Source: a virus
Virus record (IMG/VR): IMGVR_UViG_3300019886_000004
Coordinates: 64,001 to 128,000 of that record
DNA length: 64,000 nucleotides
Strand: one strand, 5' to 3'
The notes below the pieces were generated by a model that worked only from the letters and a program-made list of their open reading frames with translations, ran no database searches and had not been told where the DNA came from. The position numbers and the translations under genes were made by a program. Position 1 is the stretch's first letter. Each line of letters starts with the position of its first letter. Positions 13,201 through 21,494 of this stretch are shown here, one piece after another.

Positions 13201-13281
13201 ATAGGAGTACAGAAACTAGTAAATTACTTCTATCCAGATGAGGCATTAAAAGCACAAGAATCAATGTCAAGAATAAAATAA
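7279..13281 (+). CDS. Large (2000 aa) virion cargo/ejection protein with zincin-like metallopeptidase motif
   Basis: VLHEILHGLT...EEF motif, long helical/coiled-coil regions, hydrophobic C-terminal segment; lies directly after the vRNAP as in crAss-like phages. Confidence 0.7.
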   Translation: MNQCPNFSDPKYKYLENKLGELEAYKYWHQHGGDISHVLTNQDRLKLIDRSKELVKYVQGVYSHAAKENPELFLKEIADQLTSSKNEATTARKIAGNELSNIALQLRASENLTPKSINVTMKIIGALKQDKSNPSIVGPLQAKGLVGKRVAPLTFEIPVDPTNFNLMDQQIKATKVAQQINKQAGKEVVTTKVVNGNAAILVDPNIKSIIDKLDPSDFTTYKQYLVDNLYTSKDNPATTDLINNAAKLSRELGRDDLVNVARLIYKYLDKNPTLKTRMVDDIFEETGETGIKAYYNKGTNSITFGRSTMGQSTLEYESETVLHEILHGLTFQPWFKSKVDVPLSQEEKDFKHVVETYYSYFKGKKGAEGYAFTNPEEFLMGALFDKPFQDHLKELGGDTVKGSPFVQFLKDILKRFLALFGIKSKDEIVDKLDPEKIQSSMIEALSDYLGKMKKIDLFNGLKEEGRNYGLSFAITAQQDYLSESERLKAEREEREKMKASLGDNLREQLKKSIDKSILSIKSFGSNIRKRIPESQEGFKAIFKQLKKLEDPAYNLDQIDFFFDFTSEIQAIMNVAHEKIRKLQSDTTINDPDVKLKEYEDIVSAARNFDPILNEIQNIKIQLESLGYKASLVDLDDITLKRDRIESIYSMGVFPLVTDKFVDILSPSSKQAVEMSTTRIDELDKRIALANKNNNKSRVLQLEREKKTEQSKIDKEFTLSSDKVRDWLRGQMGDSNILQVWLMAGVSNSNPLVSGLSKYIRDNVGEAAPAVLELMNTMQSKLEDYESKTNRSRNNILEFNTPLIQTHKIINGKDEKGEYTYEDKRSLLHEFNGGHIQELQKFKRQLTDLYASKREIESTANPNEENLKFLTDRIKETKDKQRQFIRDYMEQQYTTEVHEALDMLHEDLGGYTAWDYMGPVLSRIEDTELAIDQENDPARLADLYNQLDGHNIEFSRLGSLYEKSPDSRELKVAEQIKKRRELLGKYSQYVLTDKGKVQFDTQWARMKRKLSKNEITPEKYERWLEDNTVTENTPAFWDAKNAILKDLNDLYLEMGVENKKDENIGKLYKGMEDITKAHRDSNGIINGSEMPDKELKDVKSLEEQIEKAKDDLANIFGLTRLERVNISNLKNQIDEIGSMMYFEQDPDKRQNLVNLKADIEDQVDEIESKKKNINKKLLDKYFLLMKKLGELEEGNVTKYYLDESQERLEQETAKVDTSKMPVKMIMNGRTYQKSGNEWLEISGGKIEKRDIAFVENIFKEKKGNVNYLNSDWYKTNHVKKMKFVRNAEYIPGQYDVAAGDWQEVEEPTYAWKQTRPRDSNYINENQPSFKYKTRQIKDQYINKNYREDINGDLRPKVKGVKDDRFLNKDYQRLINSNSSQDTATANMLKYLTDTYYKAQEGIPKGLRPGYELPGIRRTDTERLIGQSLKKSSQEMFEYLGQIARSIKDKAVINEQDKDILFGYNDDFNGIVPIKFLGDIDSKDQSIDLPKSILTFASEMLKREQLVKSLPFANAVKDIANNSDYRPVKTKKGIVESVKRKFLPKNTEVAKRSDTSNTALQINEIIKSEIYGEQMKDQPAAKLVNSSLRLGAGAMLGLNFVSSVQNYANAFTQSIIETESKNKNFDMKGFFKAQKIYYAHVDELMSDLGKYGNKSYINQFFDYFGGINYKIFGKNHKTLAHSKVGEFTKSLSVPNTITEHMLNYHMGIAIALKYRVSDGKGNMVPIFDAFTKKDGKLVQKEGFNITEEERKELIARLNSSARRINGEYGDKILADKYVLGKLVSFMNRYLVPFVVKRYGARKFDIQDGQRDEGYWRLFGKILIQDIRTKSVPILGQWKYYTAEEKQAIIKSMTELGFTIMFALMIHALGGDDNKQIKDNSILTNNLIYALKGIQQQNEAFMPVPGIGFDDLFRKIQNPFPILGKVKNLVSLIQDGSHTAWYEMGLPGVDEKDVKYMQKTGWHKPGDFKMFADFQKLIGVQKLVNYFYPDEALKAQESMSRIK

Positions 13282-13285
13282 ATGA

Positions 13286-13318
13286 AAAGTCAGGTTTTAG
13301 ACCTGACTTTCTAATTTT
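13286..13318. terminator. Bidirectional intrinsic terminator between convergent modules
   Basis: AAAGTCAGGT-tttag-ACCTGACTTT hairpin between convergent genes. Confidence 0.75.
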
Positions 13319-13320
13319 AA

Positions 13321-13863
13321 CTACTCCTCTCTCAATCTCCTTATACCTCTCATGAAACTTTCATGTTCTAAACTTACGTAATCAGGAGAGTTAGAAAAGG
13401 TATATTTTTCTTTTATGTGTGAGGAATCAGTTTTTACTTTCTCCTCCTCATCAAATGTGTAGTGATTTACACCATATTGTAATCCATAGGACTCCGTTGA
13501 TTCCATTGGTGGAATATTAACAGATGCAATCTTTATTGATTTATAATTCAATGGATTAGGAGGTGTACTAAATTTTTGCATATTCTTTATAACAATATCT
13601 TTAAAAATCTTTAAACTCACATTATCTGGTGTATTAAGATACTCATTAGCATGTTTCTCCATCTCATTATAAACTGAAGTATAATGAGATTGATCACCTT
13701 GTGATTCTGATTGTTCATTTGATCCAAAAGGACCAAACTTTTCTTCTTCATTACCTTTCATATTATTATATCCTCTTGATGTCCAAAATCTTTCAGTATC
13801 CGTATATGTCCTAACTTTAGGTGCTTGTTTTAATTGTTCTTCTATTATTTCTTTTTTACTCAT
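13321..13863 (-). CDS. Hypothetical protein
   Basis: 180-aa ORF overlapping the upstream ORF (ATGA); no motif recognised. Confidence 0.6.
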   Translation of the reverse strand: MSKKEIIEEQLKQAPKVRTYTDTERFWTSRGYNNMKGNEEEKFGPFGSNEQSESQGDQSHYTSVYNEMEKHANEYLNTPDNVSLKIFKDIVIKNMQKFSTPPNPLNYKSIKIASVNIPPMESTESYGLQYGVNHYTFDEEEKVKTDSSHIKEKYTFSNSPDYVSLEHESFMRGIRRLREE

Positions 13864-14138
13864 TGTAGTATATAACTTTCTTGATTTTTACTCCATTTTT
13901 CTTTACATATAAAAAATCCCATAACATTATTAGTATACATAATACCAGGATTAAGTATAAACTTACCATCCTTTCCTTCTACTAATGTCCATACTTTATT
14001 GGAATCTTCTTCTTCGATTATTTCTGTTTCCTCATCATCAAAATCCAACATTGTATTTTCATAGCTAGCACAACTTTGTATTGGATTTCTTTTTACAGAA
14101 AACATTCCATAAAAGTCGTGAAAATTGATTTCATTCAT
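13860..14138 (-). CDS. Hypothetical protein
   Basis: 92-aa ORF in operon context. Confidence 0.65.
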   Translation of the reverse strand: MNEINFHDFYGMFSVKRNPIQSCASYENTMLDFDDEETEIIEEEDSNKVWTLVEGKDGKFILNPGIMYTNNVMGFFICKEKWSKNQESYILQ

Positions 14139-14143
14139 AGTTA

Positions 14144-15125
14144 TTAAAACATTGACAACTGTGTATAATCTTCATTAGAAATTTCTGGTTGAATTTCAGA
14201 AATTATTTCATATGTCTTTTTAACGTAAAAATCATAGTTTATGTCATAGTCTTCTATTTTCTTTTCAACATGTTTATTGTATATAGTAGCTTTCCATTTA
14301 CCTGCATCTTCTTGTATTTGCCTACCATCCGGATTACATTTTACAAGCTTAACACCATCGTTTGATATAAAATATCTATTTGTTTTCTGGAGTTTCTCTT
14401 TAATGATGTAGTTGTCCTTAAAGTAGATGGAATTCAAATACCAATCTCCTTTTGTTCTCATCCCAGCACAAAAATCCATAATATTAGTATGATTAGCTAT
14501 AAACAATCTTGGATTTATACCTTTAACATAAAATTCATTGAGAGCTAAGGCTATAATCCTGTAACTTTTATTTTTATGTAGCTCATGGTTTATAGTAAAA
14601 CTCGCTCCTTTGTGTTTAGGTTTTCCATCTGTTTTAACTGCAACATAATCATTTACAGATCTTTGTGCTAGTAATGAATAATCAGCATATTCTAATTTAC
14701 CTTTATCATTATTACCAACTAAGGTTTCCCAGTCTTTACATATTTTCTTATATAATTCTTCTTGGTTTTTATCGAACAAAGATACTATACCATCAGTATT
14801 AGCAGATATTACGTTAATACCCCCCAAAACTAAACGTTCAATTAACATAATAAGATCTATCTGACTTCCTATAGTCACGTCAAAACATGTTTTTGGAGAA
14901 AACTGCCAATTTGTTTTATCCTGTAACTTTCCAAAAAGACCTCCATTTGCTGCTAATTTATAAGCTTCATCTACTGATTTATACTTACCTTCTTTAGTTT
15001 GCTTATACATATCCTTAGCAATGTCTCTATCACCTATTAATTTGTCAACTATACCTAACCATTCTATACCAAGGTGCTCCGGGTAAAGTTTTCTTTTTCT
15101 AATTGCATTGGGATACATACCACCT
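14144..15125 (-). CDS. polB: DNA polymerase family B, exon 2 (polymerase domain)
   Basis: GGMYP (end of motif A), YKLAANGGLFGK (motif B), SANTDGI (motif C); joins exon 1 in frame to give a 652-aa protein. Confidence 0.9.
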
Positions 15126-15824
15126 CTAACTAACATCAAGACTTTCATCTTGAACTGGACTATATTTTAATTTTAAAAATTTCCTCCAAACGAAACCGTA
15201 CATGCTTGGTTTTTCTCCAGAACATACTGCATATATGTTGTGGCGCTTGTAAGTTGGATTATCATCAAGTATACTTTTCATTGTATTCCAAATCTTAATT
15301 AATTTACCTTCTTTTGTTTTTTGATGTATTTCATAAATAGTTCTAGATTGTGAAACTTTGTTTGCCATTTCTTCTTTTGCTTCTGGATTTTCTCGGTAGA
15401 ATTTAGAACAATTACCACCAATATATCCCCTTGTTTTTCTTAATTTATAAGCATTAGATAATTTCTTTCTTGTTTCATCACTAACTATTAAACCTGTTTT
15501 GGAATCTTCTCTTTTATTATATCCACATTTACTATTTAAAGAATTGAATTGTTTAATCCAATAAATTTCTTTTTCTGATATTAATTTTTCATCTAATTCT
15601 AAATATTCCAAAACAAAATAATCAAAATTCTCTCTTCCGTACTTAAGCCATGCATTTATAAAATGATCATTTTCACTGTCTCTTTTTTTATTATTGAGAT
15701 TTGTTATGTGATTTTTGATCCTTCTATGAATACATTTTGCTTTTCCAATGTAAACTTTATTATTAATTAAATTCCTAATACAATAAATACCTGATTTTTC
15801 TTTATCTTTTATATTTGCTTTCAT
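15126..15824 (-). CDS. Intron-encoded GIY-YIG homing endonuclease with C-terminal NUMOD1/IENR1-like DNA-binding domain
   Basis: SGIYCIRNLINNKVYIGKA; C-terminal EIHQKTKEGKLIKIW...YGFVWR; ATG at 15824 preferred over TTG at 15839. Confidence 0.9.
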   Translation of the reverse strand: MKANIKDKEKSGIYCIRNLINNKVYIGKAKCIHRRIKNHITNLNNKKRDSENDHFINAWLKYGRENFDYFVLEYLELDEKLISEKEIYWIKQFNSLNSKCGYNKREDSKTGLIVSDETRKKLSNAYKLRKTRGYIGGNCSKFYRENPEAKEEMANKVSQSRTIYEIHQKTKEGKLIKIWNTMKSILDDNPTYKRHNIYAVCSGEKPSMYGFVWRKFLKLKYSPVQDESLDVS

Positions 15825-15827
15825 AAT

Positions 15828-15859
15828 ATAATATAGCAAATATTTAGGATATAACCAAG
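15828..15859 (-). promoter_or_regulatory. Promoter of intron endonuclease (variant class)
   Basis: CTTG-N20-TATATTAT. Confidence 0.5.
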
Positions 15860-16081
15860 TAAATTTTAAAATTTGTGGTCTTTCGAATACAGTTTATAGT
15901 TGTATCCTACTCTCTTTCGAGATAGTCTCTGAACGTTCTCCTGTTCGGAGCTTCGCTGCTGATTGTCCAATCCCTTAATTTTCAAGCATTTACGTTTAAA
16001 CCTATTTCATTTTTCCGATTTAGCTTAAAGGCTCTAAGGAGTTTCCAGCAATTAACCACATTATGACGCAGGTTTTACTTT

Positions 16082-17058
16082 ACGTCAGCATCACGCATTA
16101 TTTGATCACTAGTTGGAATAACCAACCTTGGTTGATCATCACTATGAAGACCACCTTTTGCTATAAGGTATCTTGTACCACCAATTTTAAATGGAAACTC
16201 TTGTTTTTTATCAAATAAAACAGGAGTTTTTCTTATACTATTTATAAACGAATTTAATTCTTTGGTAACGAAACTAGTATAGGATGGAAAGCAATCTTCA
16301 AAGGTGAAAGGTTTTATAACTGACACCTTTTCTTTTAACTGCTTTCTTGTAATTCCAGCTGCTTTTAAGTAATTAGTTTTGTTAATTTCATCACCTATCT
16401 TTACATCATCAAAATTAGTGCAATCAAATCCAAATTCTTTTCGTATGTCTTTTCTTAGCTGAAGTTTATCTTTATCTTTATAAAGTTCGTTATCAGTCTT
16501 ACCTCTTGTTATTTCATAGAATTTTTTGGTAGATAAACAGTCATTCTTACAATAATCAATAATGAGGTCAGCTTTTTCTCTAGTGTCTACGGAATCTCTA
16601 TGATCAATTGGCATATCTTCTATGTTATGCCAGTCCATCATATATTGTAGCCACTTTAAACCCACTCTCTTTGCCTTATTATTATAATGCCATACTTTGT
16701 ACAGATCCACTTGCCTAATGGCTAAATCACGCTCCCAATAGTCTGGCCATTCTTCATTGTTAGCTTTCTGAATTACATGGTTAGAATAATTTGAAATATA
16801 TTCAGCTATATTTTTTCCTGGAATTTTTTCTTCTAACCAAACCATACTATTCTCAAGTATCATCTGTTGTACTTGAGAGTCAAATGCTAAACTATTAAAA
16901 CCTATCTGTCCTTTTAGAGTTTTTAAATGCTTTTTTAATTCATATAAATCATTCTTAAATTTGGATATTTCAAAAACATTAAATCTGTCTTTTTTTATAT
17001 CTAAGTCAACATAAAGGAAGAAATCTTTAAGAGTTTCTAGATCATAGATAACTATCAT
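16082..17058 (-). CDS. polB: DNA polymerase family B, exon 1 (3'-5' exonuclease and start of motif A)
   Basis: IYDLET (Exo I), GFNSLAFD (Exo II), YCKND (Exo III), GGLHS, ends MRDADV. Confidence 0.9.
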
Positions 17059-17070
17059 AACTTTTTATTG

Positions 17071-17102
17071 TAAAGTTACGAATAATTATCTATATTTCCA
17101 AA
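17071..17102 (-). promoter_or_regulatory. Bacteroidetes sigma70-type promoter for polB
   Basis: TTTG-N20-TAACTTTA (consensus TTTG...TAnnTTTG). Confidence 0.6.
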
Positions 17103-17303
17103 TTAATTCTCAATACTGTTCAAAATTACTTCTCTTAATTGTCTTTCCAGTGCTTGCTGCTTGCATTGTAATTCAAAAATCTCTCCAGCATGTTCAGAAG
17201 AGTTGTGTCCATAATATAACATATTTAATGCATCTTTTACTTCACGTATTTCAAAATTAAGAGTAAATACTATTAGTTCACCACTTTCCTTTGCTTCTAT
17301 CAT
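17103..17303 (-). CDS. Hypothetical protein
   Basis: 66-aa ORF overlapping the MazG-like gene stop. Confidence 0.55.
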   Translation of the reverse strand: MIEAKESGELIVFTLNFEIREVKDALNMLYYGHNSSEHAGEIFELQCKQQALERQLREVILNSIEN

Positions 17304-17629
17304 ATGTTATATTTATATTTACCTTCATTTAAGTATCCTATAAATTTATTGGCTTTATAAACTTTTCTTACATTGATCTCCCAAACACTTATTTTAAATC
17401 TCTCCATCAACATTTCCAGTCTAATATATACATCACCTATTTCTTCTATTAAATGGTCTTTAGTAGGTTTATGAGGATCTATTTTATTCATCATCTTAAG
17501 TAGAACCTCCTGCAATTCAGTAAGTTCTTCGCAAGTTTTAGCTAATAGAAACTTTTCATTATTATTTTTTGCAAGATATCTAAACAACCTACTTGCTCCA
17601 TTGGTATTAGCTACTTTATTTTTATACAT
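17300..17629 (-). CDS. MazG-like nucleotide pyrophosphohydrolase
   Basis: EELTEL...EEIGDV (ExxE / ExxD) all-alpha NTP-PPase motif. Confidence 0.75.
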   Translation of the reverse strand: MYKNKVANTNGASRLFRYLAKNNNEKFLLAKTCEELTELQEVLLKMMNKIDPHKPTKDHLIEEIGDVYIRLEMLMERFKISVWEINVRKVYKANKFIGYLNEGKYKYNI

Positions 17630-17641
17630 TATATTCCAATT

Positions 17642-17672
17642 AAAAAAGCCAGAGTTTTTAATCCTGGCTTTT
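17642..17672 (-). terminator. Intrinsic terminator
   Basis: AAAAGCCAG...CTGGCTTTT hairpin with A/T tracts. Confidence 0.65.
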
Positions 17673-17678
17673 ATTTTT

Positions 17679-18053
17679 TTAAACTGTTTTTAAGTTTGCA
17701 ACTGATTGATCTTCTTCAACCTGTTCTGAAAGCTCCCATTCTTGACCATCATAGTTAGATACATAGTTATCAAGAATAAACTGAACTGCAGATTTATCAG
17801 AGATTGTAACCCTGTAATACTGTTCTGCTCGACCTTGACTTATAGTCACTTTTCCAGTTTTGCTGGCTTTAGGCATATCAACAAAATTCTCCTTTACTGA
17901 ATTAAACTGACAAACTAACATCTGTTCAAGAGGATTCCAAGCAGCATGCATAATAGGAGAATCTCCAAATGCTAATAGATCCCAAGAATCAACTTCTTTT
18001 CCAATCTTTTCAATTCTTACTTTGTTCTTTACAAAAACTAATGGTTTTGACAT
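17679..18053 (-). CDS. Hypothetical protein with own promoter and terminator
   Basis: 124-aa ORF between a promoter (18070-18101) and a terminator. Confidence 0.7.
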   Translation of the reverse strand: MSKPLVFVKNKVRIEKIGKEVDSWDLLAFGDSPIMHAAWNPLEQMLVCQFNSVKENFVDMPKASKTGKVTISQGRAEQYYRVTISDKSAVQFILDNYVSNYDGQEWELSEQVEEDQSVANLKTV

Positions 18054-18069
18054 AAATATATATTTTATG

Positions 18070-18101
18070 CAAAGTTACAACTAATTTCTGTAATTTCCAA
18101 A
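18070..18101 (-). promoter_or_regulatory. Bacteroidetes sigma70-type promoter
   Basis: TTTG-N20-TAACTTTG, matches consensus. Confidence 0.75.
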
Positions 18102-18108
18102 TTTATTT

Positions 18109-18327
18109 TTAAATAAAATTTCTCCTCACATTATTACATAAATCATGATACTCACTACTACACTCTGTAGCTAACTCTCTAAGTTCTTTAAGTGCGCGCA
18201 TCTTTTCAGAAGGTCTCATTGAATCATCATGTTGGATCTCTAGTATCTGATGTTTCACTGACCTTAATTCTGTTTTCCTAGTTCCGATCTCATAATCGTT
18301 AACTCTATTGAGTGATAGAAATGACAT
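18109..18327 (-). CDS. Hypothetical protein
   Basis: 72-aa helical ORF. Confidence 0.55.
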   Translation of the reverse strand: MSFLSLNRVNDYEIGTRKTELRSVKHQILEIQHDDSMRPSEKMRALKELRELATECSSEYHDLCNNVRRNFI

Positions 18328-18344
18328 ATTAATTAATTTAAAGT

Positions 18345-18371
18345 AAAAAGACTGGCAATATACCAGTCTTT
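18345..18371 (-). terminator. Intrinsic terminator after nrdJ
   Basis: AAAGACTGG...CCAGTCTTT hairpin. Confidence 0.65.
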
Positions 18372-18403
18372 AGTTTTCATATCGGATTTAAAAACGGGAC
18401 TTA

Positions 18404-20257
18404 TTAAACTATAGTGCATGCTCCTCCTCCACAAGCTATAGATTCCTTAAGGTCTGTTTCGTCTTCAGACTCAATAACTTTAGATAAATCAATCTCATTC
18501 AATAACGTGATCATTTTGTCATAAGTTTCTTTGTCAATCTTTTCAAATGGTGTTTGCTTGTAGGATCCTAAGTCTTCAGGAAGAACAGAAATTGCGCTAA
18601 AGTATTCTTTGTTTGACCATATCCACTGACCAACTTCATCCCATTCTTGATCTTTTAAATTTACTGTAATAGAAACATTATTGAAATTATCTCCTTTTCT
18701 ATGTCCAGGTCTAATCCAATTGATCTGATAAGATTTAGCCCTTTCTAGAAGAGATAGAGCAGATTCATTTTCTTTTAGAATTGCTCCATCTGGCGCTTTT
18801 TGTGGAATAGATATTACCGCCTGAGTTGGATTGAAAACATCGTCCTCGATTAACTCAGGAATTTGGTTTTTTAAATAGATATAGATTGCTTCGTTCTTAC
18901 CAACTCTCATTCTACGTATATAATATTCGTTATCCCAGGCATGTATGCCGGATGAACAACCTAAAACAATACTCGTGGTTCCTGCTGGTTTAACTGTGGT
19001 GGATCTTGCTGCCTTATTAACACCTATTATTTTACCTACCCATTCATTGGTGTCTAAAACAATTTGCGCTCCTTTTAGGTTTATTTCATCACTATAGTCA
19101 AATGATGCTATACCTGTTTGACCTACACCTATTAATGCTTCTTTTTCAGTGGTAATTTGCCATCCCTCACGCAAATAGTGAAAGTTAGTAAATCCAGACT
19201 GTAGAGTAGCAAAGAAAGATGCGGCTTCACATCTATTATAAAAGTCTTCTTCTCCTTCTAAATTAGAAACATTAATTTCAACTAAGTTACAAAATTGTTT
19301 GTCTTTAAGACTAATTTCAAAGCAAGGGTTGAAACCATAATCAGGATTATTACTGAATACGAATCCAGGTTCTCCTGTTTTATTAGATTTAATGATGTTC
19401 CAAAATTTGTCCCAATCTCCTTTCTTTATTCTATGTCTTAATATAACAGCAGAGTTATTAGCACGAGCGAATTCAGGATTTAGCTCCCACCAATCTCCGC
19501 TCTTACAGTAGAGCATATCCATATCATCAAAGTCAAACAGACAAGAAAGGGCTGCCCTACGAATTCCTCCTGCGAGTACAGCGTCTGCGATATAGCAAAT
19601 GATCTTGTGGCAATCTAATGAAGCAAGTTTCTCTCCATTATTTTTAGATTCTAGAAGTTGTTTAATTTGAAATAGACACTTTTCTAATGGTTGATGACCT
19701 GGAGCTTTACCTCCACTAGTGATAAGTCTTGAACCTTTAGGTCTTATATCTCTAAAGTCAAAATCAGGACAAGCTTTATTAACTCCAAAATACGACTTAA
19801 TTAACGCATCAATTGCATCACTCCACCCTTCAATTGAATCTCCTATAAGATATCTTCTTGACTTAGAAGGTTTCTGAATTTCTGGAAGTTCTTTTATGTG
19901 CTTATACTGTACCGAATAACCTACTCCAGATCCACCAAGTAGTAAAAACATTGTTTCACTAAATGCTCGATAGTCTGAAATATGTAAAAATGCGCAATTA
20001 TAAATACGATTCGGAGATAGCTCAATAGGTTTACCTGCAAATTGCGCAGCTCTCATTGACATAAGAACCTTTTTATCTCTTAGATAATGAGTGCGTTCAA
20101 AGATTTCCTTTTTTAATTTAGGATACTTTTTCATCATCATTACTTCATACCTATTGCAGATTTCTTCCCAACTTTCTCTTCTTTTAACCTCTGGCGAATA
20201 TCTGGCATATTTCATGAATACGCCGATATCAGATAAAATTTTTTGACTTAAATCCAT
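18404..20257 (-). CDS. nrdJ: Class II (adenosylcobalamin-dependent) ribonucleotide reductase
   Basis: YNCAF, GGSGVG, GGIRRAA, NPCFEI, FCNL, TVKPAGT and C-terminal ACGGGAC redox pair. Confidence 0.92.
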   Translation of the reverse strand: MDLSQKILSDIGVFMKYARYSPEVKRRESWEEICNRYEVMMMKKYPKLKKEIFERTHYLRDKKVLMSMRAAQFAGKPIELSPNRIYNCAFLHISDYRAFSETMFLLLGGSGVGYSVQYKHIKELPEIQKPSKSRRYLIGDSIEGWSDAIDALIKSYFGVNKACPDFDFRDIRPKGSRLITSGGKAPGHQPLEKCLFQIKQLLESKNNGEKLASLDCHKIICYIADAVLAGGIRRAALSCLFDFDDMDMLYCKSGDWWELNPEFARANNSAVILRHRIKKGDWDKFWNIIKSNKTGEPGFVFSNNPDYGFNPCFEISLKDKQFCNLVEINVSNLEGEEDFYNRCEAASFFATLQSGFTNFHYLREGWQITTEKEALIGVGQTGIASFDYSDEINLKGAQIVLDTNEWVGKIIGVNKAARSTTVKPAGTTSIVLGCSSGIHAWDNEYYIRRMRVGKNEAIYIYLKNQIPELIEDDVFNPTQAVISIPQKAPDGAILKENESALSLLERAKSYQINWIRPGHRKGDNFNNVSITVNLKDQEWDEVGQWIWSNKEYFSAISVLPEDLGSYKQTPFEKIDKETYDKMITLLNEIDLSKVIESEDETDLKESIACGGGACTIV

Positions 20258-20276
20258 AGTTTGTATTCAATTCATA

Positions 20277-20308
20277 CAAATGTACGGAAATAAATCCATA
20301 TAAACAAA
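20277..20308 (-). promoter_or_regulatory. Bacteroidetes sigma70-type promoter for nrdJ
   Basis: TTTG-N20-TACATTTG. Confidence 0.75.
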
Positions 20309-20333
20309 TTTTATTGACTTAATTTAAAAAATT

Positions 20334-20359
20334 AAAGTCGATATAGAAATATCGACTTT
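20334..20359 (-). terminator. Intrinsic terminator after dut
   Basis: AAAGTCGATAT-agaa-ATATCGACTTT. Confidence 0.65.
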
Positions 20360-20386
20360 TTCATTACACATTAAAACAGACTATAT

Positions 20387-20812
20387 TTATCCAGTAGAAC
20401 CAAATGCAGATGCTGCGCGATCGGTGTCTTCCAGTTTTTGAACTTCTTCAAATTCTACTTTCGGTATTGGTATTACTATTAGTTGAGCAACTCTATCTCC
20501 TACTGTATAAGCCTTACTGTTTCTTATATATTTAAAACGAGCTTTAATTTCTCCTCGATATCCTGAATCCACTACTCCAACAGCATTACTCAAAATCATA
20601 CCTGTATTTGAAATCGAAGACCTAGGAAATATTAATCCAACGTGATTTTCTGGTATTTCCAAGGAAATTCCAAAACCATATTCATAGTATCCAAAATCTT
20701 TATTATCAACGACTATCATCGAAGTTGATGTGAGATCCATACCACCATCTCCTTGCTTCTGATACTCTGGAATTTTGGCCGAATCAACCAATTTCTTTAT
20801 TTTTATCTTCAT
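20387..20812 (-). CDS. dut: Trimeric dUTPase
   Basis: GMDL, PRSS, GVVDSGYRGE, RVAQL, FGSTG motifs. Confidence 0.95.
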   Translation of the reverse strand: MKIKIKKLVDSAKIPEYQKQGDGGMDLTSTSMIVVDNKDFGYYEYGFGISLEIPENHVGLIFPRSSISNTGMILSNAVGVVDSGYRGEIKARFKYIRNSKAYTVGDRVAQLIVIPIPKVEFEEVQKLEDTDRAASAFGSTG

Positions 20813-21476
20813 AGTTTTCGTATATTAGTTTTATGAAGTCTAAGAATTTTCCTCTATCAAAATTGAACTTTATAGTATTGACAGCATGGCAACAAAGAAC
20901 TATATTTGATTTTATGTATCCGATTCTATTATCAACTCTGTCAACACTCACATGTGTTAATTTTGGTTCATTATCAATTGTCATAGGTATATTTGTATAT
21001 TTACATATACCTTTTTGTTCTTTCCATAATTCTATTAAATCAGAAATCTCAATATCAAAATGTATATTTCTTTTTTTCGACATTGATCTCATCCTCTGAA
21101 ATTTCATGGCAAAGAATTTTTCGTCTTTACTATATTTAAATCTTGGATTTTTGCTGTTGTACTCGAATTTACATCCATTACAACAACAAGATGGTCTACC
21201 AAGTTGATCTAAATAAACGTGTCTTTTTTGATAAAAGTCCTTGTTGCAGTTTGCACAATGAACCAAAACTTGTGTATTTTTTCCAACATTGAGAAATTTA
21301 GGTGCACAGTATTTACAGTAACCTGTACCTCTTTTTAAGAAGGTGATACCGTACACCCTCATTTCTTTATTACAATCCAGATTTCTACATTTACAAATAT
21401 AAATCTTTGTTGTCTCAATACACTTCTTAGTTTGCTTTTTTCTAATTTCTATTCTTATAACTTGTGATACTTCCAT
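20784..21476 (-). CDS. Free-standing His-Me (HNH-like) homing endonuclease with N-terminal Cys-rich zinc fingers
   Basis: CKYT...SVDRVDNRIGYIKSNIVLCCHAVN; multiple CxxC; overlaps the dut start. Confidence 0.75.
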   Translation of the reverse strand: MEVSQVIRIEIRKKQTKKCIETTKIYICKCRNLDCNKEMRVYGITFLKRGTGYCKYCAPKFLNVGKNTQVLVHCANCNKDFYQKRHVYLDQLGRPSCCCNGCKFEYNSKNPRFKYSKDEKFFAMKFQRMRSMSKKRNIHFDIEISDLIELWKEQKGICKYTNIPMTIDNEPKLTHVSVDRVDNRIGYIKSNIVLCCHAVNTIKFNFDRGKFLDFIKLIYENYEDKNKEIG

Positions 21477-21494
21477 ATATCATATATCTTTTAT

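Larger units (their letters stand above)
15126..16081 (-). mobile_element. Group I intron (IA2-like) in polB, 956 nt
   Basis: P AATTGCTGGAAA, Q AATCAGCAGC, R GTTCAGAGACTA, S AAATATAGTCC; P3 TGTGGT/ACCACA; P7.1 and P7.2 hairpins; P1 UGACGU/GCGUCA with U-G at the 5' splice site; P10 ACCU/AGGU; P9 with GAAA loop; terminal G. Confidence 0.93.

Noticed and set aside
14144-15148. Independent 334-aa gene starting MKVLMLVR
   Set aside because: Its first codons lie in intron P9; it is exon 2 of polB
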